Shown piece by piece: positions 1 through 8,501 of a DNA stretch of 57,205 nt (position 1 is its first letter; the number at the start of each line of letters is the position of its first letter). Source of the stretch: an uncultured Isosphaeraceae bacterium (lineage in GTDB: Bacteria; Planctomycetota; Phycisphaerae; Phycisphaerales; SM1A02). The stretch is from the NCBI GenBank assembly GCA_964610365.1, contig CAZSVT010000001.1, positions 1 to 57,205 on the forward strand, written 5' to 3'. A program made the translations under genes and the position numbers. Under the pieces are notes generated by a model, which worked only from the letters and a program-made list of their open reading frames with translations, did no database searches and was not told where the DNA came from.

Positions 1-1080
1 GAAGCGGAGCGCACGCTTCCCGCCGGATGGCGCGAACCGGTGGCCAAGCTCTCGGAGTGGCTGGAGGAGGCGAGCACGCCGGAGATCCCGGCCGTCCGGC
101 CGGACGGCGCCGCCGCACCCGACGGCACCTCGATTCCGGGAGAAACCCGTGCGACGTCGGACGAGTCCGGGGCGTCGGGCGCTCGCGCCGGCGGCGCCGC
201 CGGCTCCGGCGCCTCGGGCGTTCCCGGGATCGGCGACCTGCCGCGAGCCATTCCCGAGAGCGAGGACGCGCGCCTGCGCCGGCTGGTGGACGAGCAGGTC
301 GACGCGGCGCTGACGGCACGCGGCATCAGCGCCGCGCCCGGCGCCGGATCCGCCAGGACCGACGTGCCGTTCGCATCGCTGCTGGGCGCGGGCGTGCAGC
401 AGGTGCTCTCGCGGGCGATCGACCTGATCACGCTCCTCTTCCTGGCCTTCCTCGTTCCCTTCTACTTCTACTTCTTCAGCGTTTCGTTCCCCGACGCGGT
501 CCGATTCATGGAGGACATGATTCCCGCCGGTCGGCGCGAACGGGTGCGCCACCTGGCCGGCGAGATGGACCGCGCCGTCTCGGGTTTCGTGCGCGGGCGC
601 ATCGTCATCGCCTTCCTCATGGGCGTCATGACCGCGCTGGGCTGGAAGTTCTGCGGCGTGCCCTACGCGATCACGCTGGGATTGGCGGCCGGTCTGCTCA
701 GCATCGTGCCGTACCTCGGCTTCGCGGCGGTTCCGGTGGCGGTGGGGATGCTCCTGCTTGACCAGGTGGGGATGCCGGCGGAGACGCGGATGGCGTGGTA
801 CTGGATCCTGGGCGGACCGCTCCTGGTCTTCGTGATCGTGCAATCGATCGAGGGCTACCTGCTCACGCCGCTCATCGCCGGCAAGGTGACGGACCTCGGC
901 CCGGTGACGATCTTCGTGGCCGTCCTGGCCGGCGCCAGCCTGGCCGGCGTCTACGGCATGCTGCTCTCCATTCCCGCCGCGGCATGCCTGAAGATCTGGT
1001 GGCGCGAGGTGCTCCTGCCGCGCATCAAGGACTGGTCGGCGGGTCGGCGCGCCGATCCGCTGCCGCTGGACAACGAGTGA
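1..1080 (+). CDS. AI-2E family transporter (PerM-like permease); the 5' end is probably outside the window
   Basis: Frame 1 is open from nt 1, upstream of the GTG at 40. The C-terminal ~230 aa are multi-TM and contain an AI-2E-like segment (GLAAGLLSIVPYLGFAAVP). The N-terminal part inside the window is an Ala/Gly/Pro-rich low-complexity loop. Confidence 0.65.
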   Translation, partial: EAERTLPAGWREPVAKLSEWLEEASTPEIPAVRPDGAAAPDGTSIPGETRATSDESGASGARAGGAAGSGASGVPGIGDLPRAIPESEDARLRRLVDEQVDAALTARGISAAPGAGSARTDVPFASLLGAGVQQVLSRAIDLITLLFLAFLVPFYFYFFSVSFPDAVRFMEDMIPAGRRERVRHLAGEMDRAVSGFVRGRIVIAFLMGVMTALGWKFCGVPYAITLGLAAGLLSIVPYLGFAAVPVAVGMLLLDQVGMPAETRMAWYWILGGPLLVFVIVQSIEGYLLTPLIAGKVTDLGPVTIFVAVLAGASLAGVYGMLLSIPAAACLKIWWREVLLPRIKDWSAGRRADPLPLDNE

Positions 1081-1150
1081 GGCTCGGCGGCGCGTGGTTC
1101 GGGCGGCGGCGCGTCGGCTTCCGGGAGGCCTCTTCCGCCGAGTTGACGGA

Positions 1151-1179
1151 GGTGCGCAGCGCGCTTCGCGCTGCGCACC
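1151..1179. terminator. GC-rich perfect hairpin between convergent genes (candidate bidirectional terminator)
   Basis: ggtgcgcagcgc-gcttc-gcgctgcgcacc gives a perfect 12-13 bp stem. It lies between the stop of the AI-2E gene (1080) and the stop of ffh (1209). There is no U-tract. Confidence 0.4.
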
Positions 1180-1208
1180 GGAGCCCTCGCCGACGCGCCG
1201 CCGTGGCG

Positions 1209-2699
1209 CTACCGCTTCCTGCGCTGCTTGAAGCGGCTCTTGATGCTCTCGGTGCGCGTGGAGCCGCGGGCGCCGAAGCCCGGCATTCCGCCGAGGCCGG
1301 GCATCCCGGCCGCGCCGCCGGCGCCGGCGAGTTCCTTCATGGCCTTCATGCGCCCCAGCGCGCCCATGCCGGACATCTGCTGCGTCATCTTCTGCACCAG
1401 CTCGAACTGCTTGATCATCTTGCCCACCTCGGCGGCCGTGGTGCCGCTGCCCGCGGCGATGCGGCGGATGCGGCTCTTGTCGATGAGGTCGATGTCGTCG
1501 CGCTCGCGCGGCGTCATCGAATGGATGATGCCCTCGAGCCGGTCGAGCTGCTTCTCGTCGATCGTGACGTCCTTGAGCATCTGGCCCACGCCGGGCAGCA
1601 GGCCGAGGAGCTGCTTCATGGGCCCCATGCGGCGGATGGAGCGCATCTGCTTGAGGAAGTCCTCCATGGAGAGCCGGCCCTTCGCCAGCTTCTCCGCCAT
1701 GCGTTCGGCCTCCTCCTCGGAGACCTCGCGCTGCGCCTTCTCCACCAGGCTCACCACATCGCCCATGCCGAGGATGCGGCCGGCGATGCGCTCGGCGTGG
1801 AATTCCTCCAGGGCGTCGAGCTTCTCGCCCACGCCGACGAACCGGATCGGAGCGCCGGTCACCTGGCGCACGGAGAGGGCGGCGCCGCCGCGCGTGTCGG
1901 AGTCGAACTTGGTGAGGATGACGCCGTCCACCGCCAGCCGTCGGTGGAATTCGCGGGCGCTGTTGACCGCGTCCTGGCCGGTCATCGCGTCGACCACCAG
2001 GAGGATCTGGTGCGGCTCGATGGACCGCTTGATGCCCTCCAGTTCGCGCATGAGCGCGTCGTCGATGTGGAGACGACCCGCGGTGTCGAGGATCAGCACG
2101 TCGAATCGCTCGTCGCGGGCCCGCTTCAGCGCCCGCTGGCAGACGCCCACCGCCACGCCCACCGCCGTGCCGTACTCACCGCACTTCTCCGGCTCGCCGT
2201 GGAAGGCCACGCGCGACGAGCCCTTGCCCTCGGCCGCCACCTGCTCCACCACGGTTCGAAGCTGCTCCACCGCGGCCGGGCGCTGAAGGTCCGCGGCCGC
2301 CACCATCACGCTTCGGCCCTGCTGCTTGAGCCACGCGGCGATCTTGCCGCAGGTGGTGGTCTTGCCGCTTCCCTGGAGGCCGCACATCATCACGATGGTG
2401 GGACCCGGCTCCACCATCATGAGCGGACGACCCGGCTCGCCCATCACCTTGACGAGCTCGGCGTGGACGATGCCGATGATCTCCTGCCCCGGGTGCAGGC
2501 TCTTCGTCACTTCGCGGCCGAGCGATTCCGTCACCACGCGGTCGCAGAACGCCTTCGCCACCTCCTGGTGGACGTCCGCCTCCAGCAGCGCCGTGCGGAC
2601 CTCCGCCATCGCCTCGCGGATGTTTTCCTCGGAAATGCGTCCCCGACCCGAGAGTCGGCGGAAGACATCGGCGAAGCGCCCTGTCAGCGTCTCGAACAT
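1209..2699 (-). CDS. ffh: Signal recognition particle protein Ffh
   Basis: N-terminus is MFETLTGRFADVFRRLSGRG. GTPase motifs are GLQGSGKTTTCGKIA, DTAGR and LTKFDSDTRGG. A Met-rich M domain and a basic tail follow. Confidence 0.97.
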   Translation of the reverse strand: MFETLTGRFADVFRRLSGRGRISEENIREAMAEVRTALLEADVHQEVAKAFCDRVVTESLGREVTKSLHPGQEIIGIVHAELVKVMGEPGRPLMMVEPGPTIVMMCGLQGSGKTTTCGKIAAWLKQQGRSVMVAAADLQRPAAVEQLRTVVEQVAAEGKGSSRVAFHGEPEKCGEYGTAVGVAVGVCQRALKRARDERFDVLILDTAGRLHIDDALMRELEGIKRSIEPHQILLVVDAMTGQDAVNSAREFHRRLAVDGVILTKFDSDTRGGAALSVRQVTGAPIRFVGVGEKLDALEEFHAERIAGRILGMGDVVSLVEKAQREVSEEEAERMAEKLAKGRLSMEDFLKQMRSIRRMGPMKQLLGLLPGVGQMLKDVTIDEKQLDRLEGIIHSMTPRERDDIDLIDKSRIRRIAAGSGTTAAEVGKMIKQFELVQKMTQQMSGMGALGRMKAMKELAGAGGAAGMPGLGGMPGFGARGSTRTESIKSRFKQRRKR

Positions 2700-4161
2700 G
2701 GACCGTCGATGGTACGCTCCCGCGTTCGTGTCGTCATTCCTCGGCTGCGCGGGGATGCTCGTCGTGGCCGCCGTCGCGGTCTCGGCGGGAGGTTGCGCGA
2801 CGCCCGCCGCCGCGGTGGCGGCGCACGCCTCCGGGAACTTCGAGCAGGCGCGGCAGGAGATCCTCTCACCGGTCTACGACGGGGCGAAGGAGCGCGAACG
2901 AGATCGCCTGGTCTGGCTGATGGAGGAGGGGAAGATCTGCCTCGACGCGGGGGACGCGCCGACCGGCGCCGCATCGTTCGCCAGGGCCAGCGACTGGTGC
3001 GAGCGGTTCGCGATCTACGAGCCGAAGACGACGGTCCAGGAGGAGATGGCGTCGATCGCCGTCAACTCCACGCTGCGGACCTACCGCGGCACCTACTCCG
3101 ACCGCATCCTGGTGGACGCCTACGCGGTGCTCGCTTCGCTCTGGACGGGAGACACGGCGAAGGCGGCGGTGTACGCGAACCGGGTGGCCGAGCGCCAGCA
3201 GGACGCCGAGGTGGAGCAGGCCAAGCAGATCGCCAAGGTGGAGCGCGAGATGGGAGGCTGGCGCGGCGGCGCCGCCAGGGGCATGCTGGACCAGGTGCGC
3301 GGCGCCGAGGCGATCCAGTCGCTGGGAGTGAACGCGGCCACCGCGTCGTACCTGGATCCGTTCGCCACCTGGATCTCGGCGATCGCGTGGTCGGCCACCG
3401 GCGACGCCGCGAATCTCGAGCGCGCCCGCGTCGCCCTCTCCCGCGCCGCGGCGATGGTTCCGGGCAACACGGTGCTCCTCGAGGAGGCTTCGCGGAATCC
3501 GTTCGTCACCGCGGCGGAGCGGCCGGTGGTGATCGTCCTCTTCGAGGCGGGGCGATGCATGTCGCTCGACCAGGTCATCATCCCGGTGGCCACGCCCTGG
3601 TCGGGCTACAACCCCATCCCGATCCCCGTGCCGCGCGAGCACCCCTGCGATGTCTCGGCGCTGACGCTCATCGCGCCCGCCGGCCGCGTGCGCACCGAGG
3701 CGCTCTCGGACAACGACGCCATCTTCAAGGCGCAGTACGACCGCATGCTTCCCGAGGTGGTCTTCCGCACGGCGCTCATGGTGGGCGCCAAGGCCGGCGC
3801 CACCGTCGCCGCCACGCAGGCGACGCGGAAGAACGACGCCGCGGTCTGGGCGATCCTGGCCGGCATGAGCCTCTACCAGGCGATCACCAACCAGGCCGAC
3901 CTGCGGAGCTGGAACACGGTGGGCAAGTTCACCCAGATCGCCCAGGTGGATCGGCCTCCCGACGGCCGGCTCCAGGTGTCGGTGGTGGGGGCCTCCGGCG
4001 CGGAGGGACCTCCGGCCACGGTCGACCTTCCACCCGGACCGGTGGTCTTCCTCTATGTTCGGAGCATGCACGCCGGCAGCACCGCGATCCACCCCTTCGT
4101 CATCCGGATCGGCGACTCCAGGGAATCAACGGCCGGCCCCGCTGTCGGAGGATCATCATGA
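2698..4161 (+). CDS. Large putative lipoprotein of unknown function (resembles the COG3014-type lipoprotein that accompanies YcfL/LpoB; recalled from memory)
   Basis: Only the part from ATG 2698 onward is taken as real, because the upstream ORF extension is antisense to ffh. The N-terminus MDRRWYAPAFVSSFLGCAGMLVVAAVAVSAGGC is signal-peptide-like with a Cys. An alternative start is ATG 2755. The stop overlaps the next start (ATGA). Confidence 0.55.
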   Translation: MDRRWYAPAFVSSFLGCAGMLVVAAVAVSAGGCATPAAAVAAHASGNFEQARQEILSPVYDGAKERERDRLVWLMEEGKICLDAGDAPTGAASFARASDWCERFAIYEPKTTVQEEMASIAVNSTLRTYRGTYSDRILVDAYAVLASLWTGDTAKAAVYANRVAERQQDAEVEQAKQIAKVEREMGGWRGGAARGMLDQVRGAEAIQSLGVNAATASYLDPFATWISAIAWSATGDAANLERARVALSRAAAMVPGNTVLLEEASRNPFVTAAERPVVIVLFEAGRCMSLDQVIIPVATPWSGYNPIPIPVPREHPCDVSALTLIAPAGRVRTEALSDNDAIFKAQYDRMLPEVVFRTALMVGAKAGATVAATQATRKNDAAVWAILAGMSLYQAITNQADLRSWNTVGKFTQIAQVDRPPDGRLQVSVVGASGAEGPPATVDLPPGPVVFLYVRSMHAGSTAIHPFVIRIGDSRESTAGPAVGGSS

Positions 4162-4595
4162 AGCCGCAGGCCATCGACGACTGGCGCCTCACCGCCCTGA
4201 CCGCGCTCGCCGCCCTCCTCCTGCTCCTCTCGGGATGCAAGGCCACGAATACCGTGTCGAGCCAGCGGCCGGGCGTTCGGCCGAACGCCGTCGACGTCTC
4301 CTACAAGGTGAACAACGCCTTCCTCGCCTCCGAGCTGCGCGTGCTCTCGGCGTACGAGGAGATGGTCAATGGACTGATCCAGGTCCAGATCAATGTCCGC
4401 AACGAGGGCGCCGGGGACCTCTGGTACATGTGGCAGGTGGTCTGGACGAACAAGGCGGGGATGCAGATCCCCATCGAACCGGTGGTCTGGACGCGCGAGG
4501 TCCTTGCCGAGCGCCAGGAAGGCACGATCCTCTTCGCCGCGCCCACGCGCGACGCCATGGATTGGCGCGTCACGCTCCGCAAGTGGGAGCGCTAG
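4158..4595 (+). CDS. YcfL-like (DUF1425) small lipoprotein
   Basis: Signal peptide LTALAALLLLLSGC has a good lipobox. The ~120 aa mature beta-rich domain (IQVQINVRNEGAGDLWYMWQVVWTNKAGMQI) has the size and pattern of the YcfL family. It sits directly upstream of an LpoB-like gene, as in E. coli. Confidence 0.55.
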   Translation: MKPQAIDDWRLTALTALAALLLLLSGCKATNTVSSQRPGVRPNAVDVSYKVNNAFLASELRVLSAYEEMVNGLIQVQINVRNEGAGDLWYMWQVVWTNKAGMQIPIEPVVWTREVLAERQEGTILFAAPTRDAMDWRVTLRKWER

Positions 4596-4635
4596 CCGTC
4601 CCGTCGCCGCCGCACGATTCTCCTACAGGAACCCC

Positions 4636-5256
4636 ATGCGAATCCCGACGATCCTCCGACGCCCGCTGCTCGCCGCCATCCCGCTCCTGGCGATGGCGCC
4701 CGTCGCCTGCAATCAGCCGCCCAAGCGCATCGATCCCACCGGTCCCGAAGCGGTGACCGGCATGGGCGTGGACTACGGCGACTCGCAGGAGATCGCCGAG
4801 AGCCTCTGCCGGCAGATGCTCGCCTCGCCCGCCTTCATGCGATACCAGCAGCCGGTGCTGGCCCGGTACAACCCCACGGTCAACAACTCGAGCGATCCGA
4901 ACGCTCCGCTCAACATCGTCAACACGCGCATCCGCTCCACGCTGCTCAACAGCGGACAGGTCCAGTTCACCTCGGCGCTGCGCACGGCCGAGGGGCATGA
5001 CCCCGGCGTCCGCGAGGCCCGCGAGCTCGCCGAGGATCCGATGTTCAACCAGCAGTCGGTGCAGGAGTCGGGCGCGATGGGGGCGGTGGAGGCCCCGAAG
5101 GTCTCGGTGAACAGCGAGTTCCAGTCGGCCTACTCCACCAACGGCTCCTTGAAGCAGAAGACCTACCAGCTCCGCATCTTCGTCACCGACCTGCTGAGCG
5201 GACGGGTGATCTGGGAAGGCACCTCGAAGCCGGTGGCCAAGGTGGGGAGCAACTGA
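4636..5256 (+). CDS. LpoB-like (COG3417) lipoprotein, putative penicillin-binding-protein activator family
   Basis: ATG 4636 gives MRIPTILRRPLLAAIPLLAMAPVAC, an atypical lipobox. The body resembles LpoB (NPTVNNSSD..LNIVNTRIRSTLLNSGQVQFTS ... TYQLRIFVTDLLSGRVIWEG). Confidence 0.5.
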   Translation: MRIPTILRRPLLAAIPLLAMAPVACNQPPKRIDPTGPEAVTGMGVDYGDSQEIAESLCRQMLASPAFMRYQQPVLARYNPTVNNSSDPNAPLNIVNTRIRSTLLNSGQVQFTSALRTAEGHDPGVREARELAEDPMFNQQSVQESGAMGAVEAPKVSVNSEFQSAYSTNGSLKQKTYQLRIFVTDLLSGRVIWEGTSKPVAKVGSN

Positions 5257-5264
5257 GGTCGTCG

Positions 5265-6377
5265 ATGCGACTCGCCGCGATCCTCACCACGATCGGCGTC
5301 GGGACGGTGGCGCTCTCGGTTGCGGCCGGCGGCGCTCCGCCGGCGCGCGTGCCGCCGCCGCTGCCCGAAGGGCCGCCGTCACTGCCGCCGAGCGTGCCTC
5401 CTGCGCCCGTGACACCGGCGCCCGTGACGCCGGCGCCCGTGACACCGGCGCCCGCGACACCGGCCGGGGGTGCGGCGCCCGCCGTTCCCGCCGACGGTCC
5501 GCCGTCCGCCGGCGCCCTGCGAACGATCGCCGTGGTTCCCTTCGACGCGGCGTTGGGCAGCTATGTCTTCGGCACTCCGCCGGCGCAGCCCTCCGGCGAC
5601 TGCGGCACCGTCAGCCGTCCCGGCGCCGAGGTCGCCAAGCGCTGCACGCAGGAGCTCGTGGAGTCGATGGTGGCCACGCGGCGCTTCCGGGTGGTGGACC
5701 GGGACACGGTGGACCGGATCCTCCAGGAGCAGGGCTTCCACCGCACGCAGGGAATGGATCCGAAGGAGCTCTCGCGCCTCGGCCGCCTGCTCGGCGCGGA
5801 TCGACTCGTGGTGGGCACGATCGAGCTCGCCGGCACCTCCTGCCGGCGCGTGGAGGTCCGTGCCAGCGGCTACCTTCGCTTCGAATTCAGCGGCGGCATC
5901 GAGCTGACCTACCGCGTGCTCGACGTGGCCACGGGAGAGATCGCGGCGATCGGCCGCCTCACCCGCACCTGGGACACCCGCCCCATGCCGGACCTCCGCG
6001 GCGTCCTTTCGAATCCCGAGTCGGCGCTGGCGTTCTTCGCCCGACAGGCGGCGCAGGCGGAGACCTTCGCCGTCCTGGACGCGATCGATCCGGTGCGCGT
6101 CGCCGCGCTCGATGAGGGCGCCGTCGTGCTCAACCAGGGACGAGGCCGCCCCATGTCGCCCGGCATGACGCTCCGCGTGCTGCGGACGGTCCCGCCGATC
6201 CGCGATCCGGCCACCGGCGCCGTCCTCAGCGAAGAGGGGGCGGAGATCGCCGTGATCCAGGTGTTCGAGGTGGGGGACCGGGTCAGCCGGGCGCGCGTGG
6301 TGAGCGGCAACGCCGCGGCGATCCCGGTGGGCGCCACCTGTCGCTGGATCGAGGTGCCGCCGGCTCCCGGCGGCTAG
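5265..6377 (+). CDS. Secreted protein with a Pro-rich stalk and a CsgG/LpoB-fold-like domain
   Basis: Signal peptide MRLAAILTTIGVGTVALSVAAGG has no Cys. It is followed by a (PAPVT)n linker and then RTIAVVPFD ... ATRRFRVVDRDTVDRILQEQGF ... GADRLVVGTIE, a pattern typical of CsgG-like periplasmic domains. Confidence 0.45.
   Translation: MRLAAILTTIGVGTVALSVAAGGAPPARVPPPLPEGPPSLPPSVPPAPVTPAPVTPAPVTPAPATPAGGAAPAVPADGPPSAGALRTIAVVPFDAALGSYVFGTPPAQPSGDCGTVSRPGAEVAKRCTQELVESMVATRRFRVVDRDTVDRILQEQGFHRTQGMDPKELSRLGRLLGADRLVVGTIELAGTSCRRVEVRASGYLRFEFSGGIELTYRVLDVATGEIAAIGRLTRTWDTRPMPDLRGVLSNPESALAFFARQAAQAETFAVLDAIDPVRVAALDEGAVVLNQGRGRPMSPGMTLRVLRTVPPIRDPATGAVLSEEGAEIAVIQVFEVGDRVSRARVVSGNAAAIPVGATCRWIEVPPAPGG
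5403..5462 (+). repeat. Tandem 15-nt repeat x4 encoding (PAPVT)3-PAPAT
   Basis: The four units are gcgcccgtgacaccg / gcgcccgtgacgccg / gcgcccgtgacaccg / gcgcccgcgacaccg. They are in frame inside CDS 5265..6377. Confidence 0.9.
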
Positions 6378-8383
6378 CGGCGCGTGACGCGCTGCTTGGC
6401 TGGCGCGGGCGCGGCCGCCGATCGCGCCGCCGCCGTCGCGGGCGGCGGAGCTTCGTCGGGACGAGGCGCGTCGAGGACGGCGCGAATGGTGGCGGCGATG
6501 CCCGCCGCGTCGATCCCCGCCTCCACAAGCTGCTCGCGACGCTCGCCCTGGTAGATCCACGCATCCGGCAGCGCCAGCCGCGCGATGCGCCGGGTGTCCA
6601 GTCCGAGTTCGTTGCACGCCTCCAGCACGCTGGCGCCGAAGCCGCCTCGGATCGAGTGATCCTCGACCGTCACGATCGGGACGCCGCGGCCGATGAGCGA
6701 CGAGAGGAGCGCCGTGTCCACCGGCTTGGCGAATCGCGCGTCGTAGACGCTCACCTTGTACTCGTCGTGCAGGAGTGCGAGCGCGTCCATCGCCTCGATC
6801 GCCATGACGCCGAATCCCAGGACGGCGATGTCGGGCTCGTCGTGCTCCACGAGCGGCCGGGCGCGGCCCAGCTCGAAGGCGGGGCACGGGGCTTCGGCGA
6901 AGCGCGGGCTCACCGAGTCGCGCGGGTAGCGCACCATGGAGAGGCCGGCGTCATAGTTCGCCATGAAGGCGAGCGACGCCACCAGGCTCGGTTCGTCCAT
7001 GGCCGCCATCAGCACCGCCTTGGGCAGCGTGGCGAGGAGCGCCACGTCGCAGAAGCCGTGATGGACGGCGCCATCGCCGCCCACGAGTCCGGCGCGATCC
7101 AGGCAGAGCCGGACCGGCAGACCCTGGAGCGCCGCCTCCTGGAAGGCCTGGTCGAAGGCCCGCTGGAGGAAGGTGCTGTAGACGGCGAAGAACGGCTTCC
7201 ATCCGGTCTTGGCAAGGCCCGCCATCATGTCCAGGGCGTGGCTCTCGCAGATGCCCGTGTCCCAGGTTCGATCGGGGAAGAGCGGCAGGACCTTGTTGAG
7301 GCCCGTGCCGTCGGGCATGGCGGCGGTGCAGGTGACCACCTTCGGATCCCGCTGCATCAGCGCGATCATCGCGTCGCCGAAGGCGGTGGTGAAGGAGCGG
7401 CCGCCCTTCTTGAGTTCCACCCGGCAGCCTTCGCCCACCAGGTCGTCCTCGATGATCTTGAACGCGCTGGGCGAGTGCATGCCGCAGGGATCGCCTTCGG
7501 CGGGCTTGAAGCCCTTGCCCTTGATCGTCTTCACATGGAGGACCATGGGCTTGTCGAAGTGCTTCACTTCGCTGAGCGTGTCGATGAGCGCGGGGATGTC
7601 GTGGCCGTCGATCGGGCCGATCGTGACCAGCCCGAAGTGCTCGAACCACGCGTCCTCGCTCATCATCGCCTTGCTCATCTCGCCCATGCGGTGATAGAGG
7701 TCGGCGATGAGGGCTCCGCCCGGCAGTCGTCGGGCGAGATCCTTCGCGGCGCGCTTGAACTCCCCGTAGCCGTGGCTGAGGCGCACGCGATCGAAGTACG
7801 CCGCCACCGCGCCCTGCGGCTGGGCGATGCTCATCCCGTTGTCGTTCAGGACCACCAGGAACTGCCGTCCCAGCGTCCCGGCGTTGTTGAGACCTTCCAT
7901 GGCCACGCCGTTGACGATGCTCGCGTCGCCGATGAGGCTCACCACGCGCCGGCCGTCGGGCGTCTCCGGCGACCAGCCCTCGCCGTTGAGCGTGTCGCCG
8001 CGGGCCATGCCCACGGCGGTGCTGACCGCGGTTCCGGCGTGACCGACGGCGAAGAGATCGAATCCGCTCTCGCGCGGCTCCGGGAACCCGGCCATGCCGT
8101 CGCGCTGGCGAAGGCGGGGAAGCAGGTGCCCGCGGCCCGTCAGCAGCTTGTGCGGGTAGCACTGGTGGCCCACGTCGAAGAGCAGCCGGTCATGGCTGAA
8201 GTCGAAGGCGTAGTGCAGGGCGATCGTCAGTTCGACCACCCCCAGGTTGGGGGCGAGATGGCCGCCGGAGCGGCTGATCTGATCGCAGATGGCCTCGCGG
8301 ATCTCCGCCGCCAGTTCCGGCAGTGCCGCGATGGGCAGTGCACGAAGATCGGCGGGACCCTTCAGCTCTGGGAGAATCTTCAT
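6374..8383 (-). CDS. dxs: 1-deoxy-D-xylulose-5-phosphate synthase
   Basis: Start is set at ATG 8383 (MKILPELKGPADLRALP). Supporting segments are SGGHLAPNLGVVELTIALHY, GHQCYPHKLLTGR and the TPP-binding GDASIVNGVAMEGLNNAG. The upstream 94 codons of the ORF are Arg/Pro junk. There is an Ala/Pro-rich C-terminal tail. Confidence 0.95.
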   Translation of the reverse strand: MKILPELKGPADLRALPIAALPELAAEIREAICDQISRSGGHLAPNLGVVELTIALHYAFDFSHDRLLFDVGHQCYPHKLLTGRGHLLPRLRQRDGMAGFPEPRESGFDLFAVGHAGTAVSTAVGMARGDTLNGEGWSPETPDGRRVVSLIGDASIVNGVAMEGLNNAGTLGRQFLVVLNDNGMSIAQPQGAVAAYFDRVRLSHGYGEFKRAAKDLARRLPGGALIADLYHRMGEMSKAMMSEDAWFEHFGLVTIGPIDGHDIPALIDTLSEVKHFDKPMVLHVKTIKGKGFKPAEGDPCGMHSPSAFKIIEDDLVGEGCRVELKKGGRSFTTAFGDAMIALMQRDPKVVTCTAAMPDGTGLNKVLPLFPDRTWDTGICESHALDMMAGLAKTGWKPFFAVYSTFLQRAFDQAFQEAALQGLPVRLCLDRAGLVGGDGAVHHGFCDVALLATLPKAVLMAAMDEPSLVASLAFMANYDAGLSMVRYPRDSVSPRFAEAPCPAFELGRARPLVEHDEPDIAVLGFGVMAIEAMDALALLHDEYKVSVYDARFAKPVDTALLSSLIGRGVPIVTVEDHSIRGGFGASVLEACNELGLDTRRIARLALPDAWIYQGERREQLVEAGIDAAGIAATIRAVLDAPRPDEAPPPATAAARSAAAPAPAKQRVTRR

Positions 8384-8501
8384 CGGCTGTCCTTGCGCCT
8401 CCGACGGGGGTGCGGCGCTCCGTCCGCACGGGAAGCCGGGATCGCTCCTCGGCCGGGCGGGGATTCTAGTCGGAAGCAGGTCGGAGGGTTCGGACCGAGG
8501 C

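Noticed and set aside
795-4595. A 1266 aa ORF, the longest-looking feature in the first 5 kb.
   Set aside because: It is a composite shadow ORF. Most of it runs antisense to ffh and out of frame over the lipoprotein gene, and it translates to Arg/Ala/Gly/His-rich low-complexity sequence. Only the last 145 codons (4158..4595, the YcfL-like gene) look like a real protein.
5403-5462. The tandem repeat was considered as a possible CRISPR-like or regulatory array.
   Set aside because: The units are 15 nt, contiguous without spacers, in frame, and encode a PAPVT linker. It is a coding microsatellite, not a CRISPR array.
6374-6377. The convergent stop codons of the CsgG-fold-like gene and dxs share the tetranucleotide CTAG.
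   Set aside because: This is a real overlap but only a compaction curiosity. The overlapping tails are low-complexity Ala/Pro-rich ends, and no functional implication can be supported.
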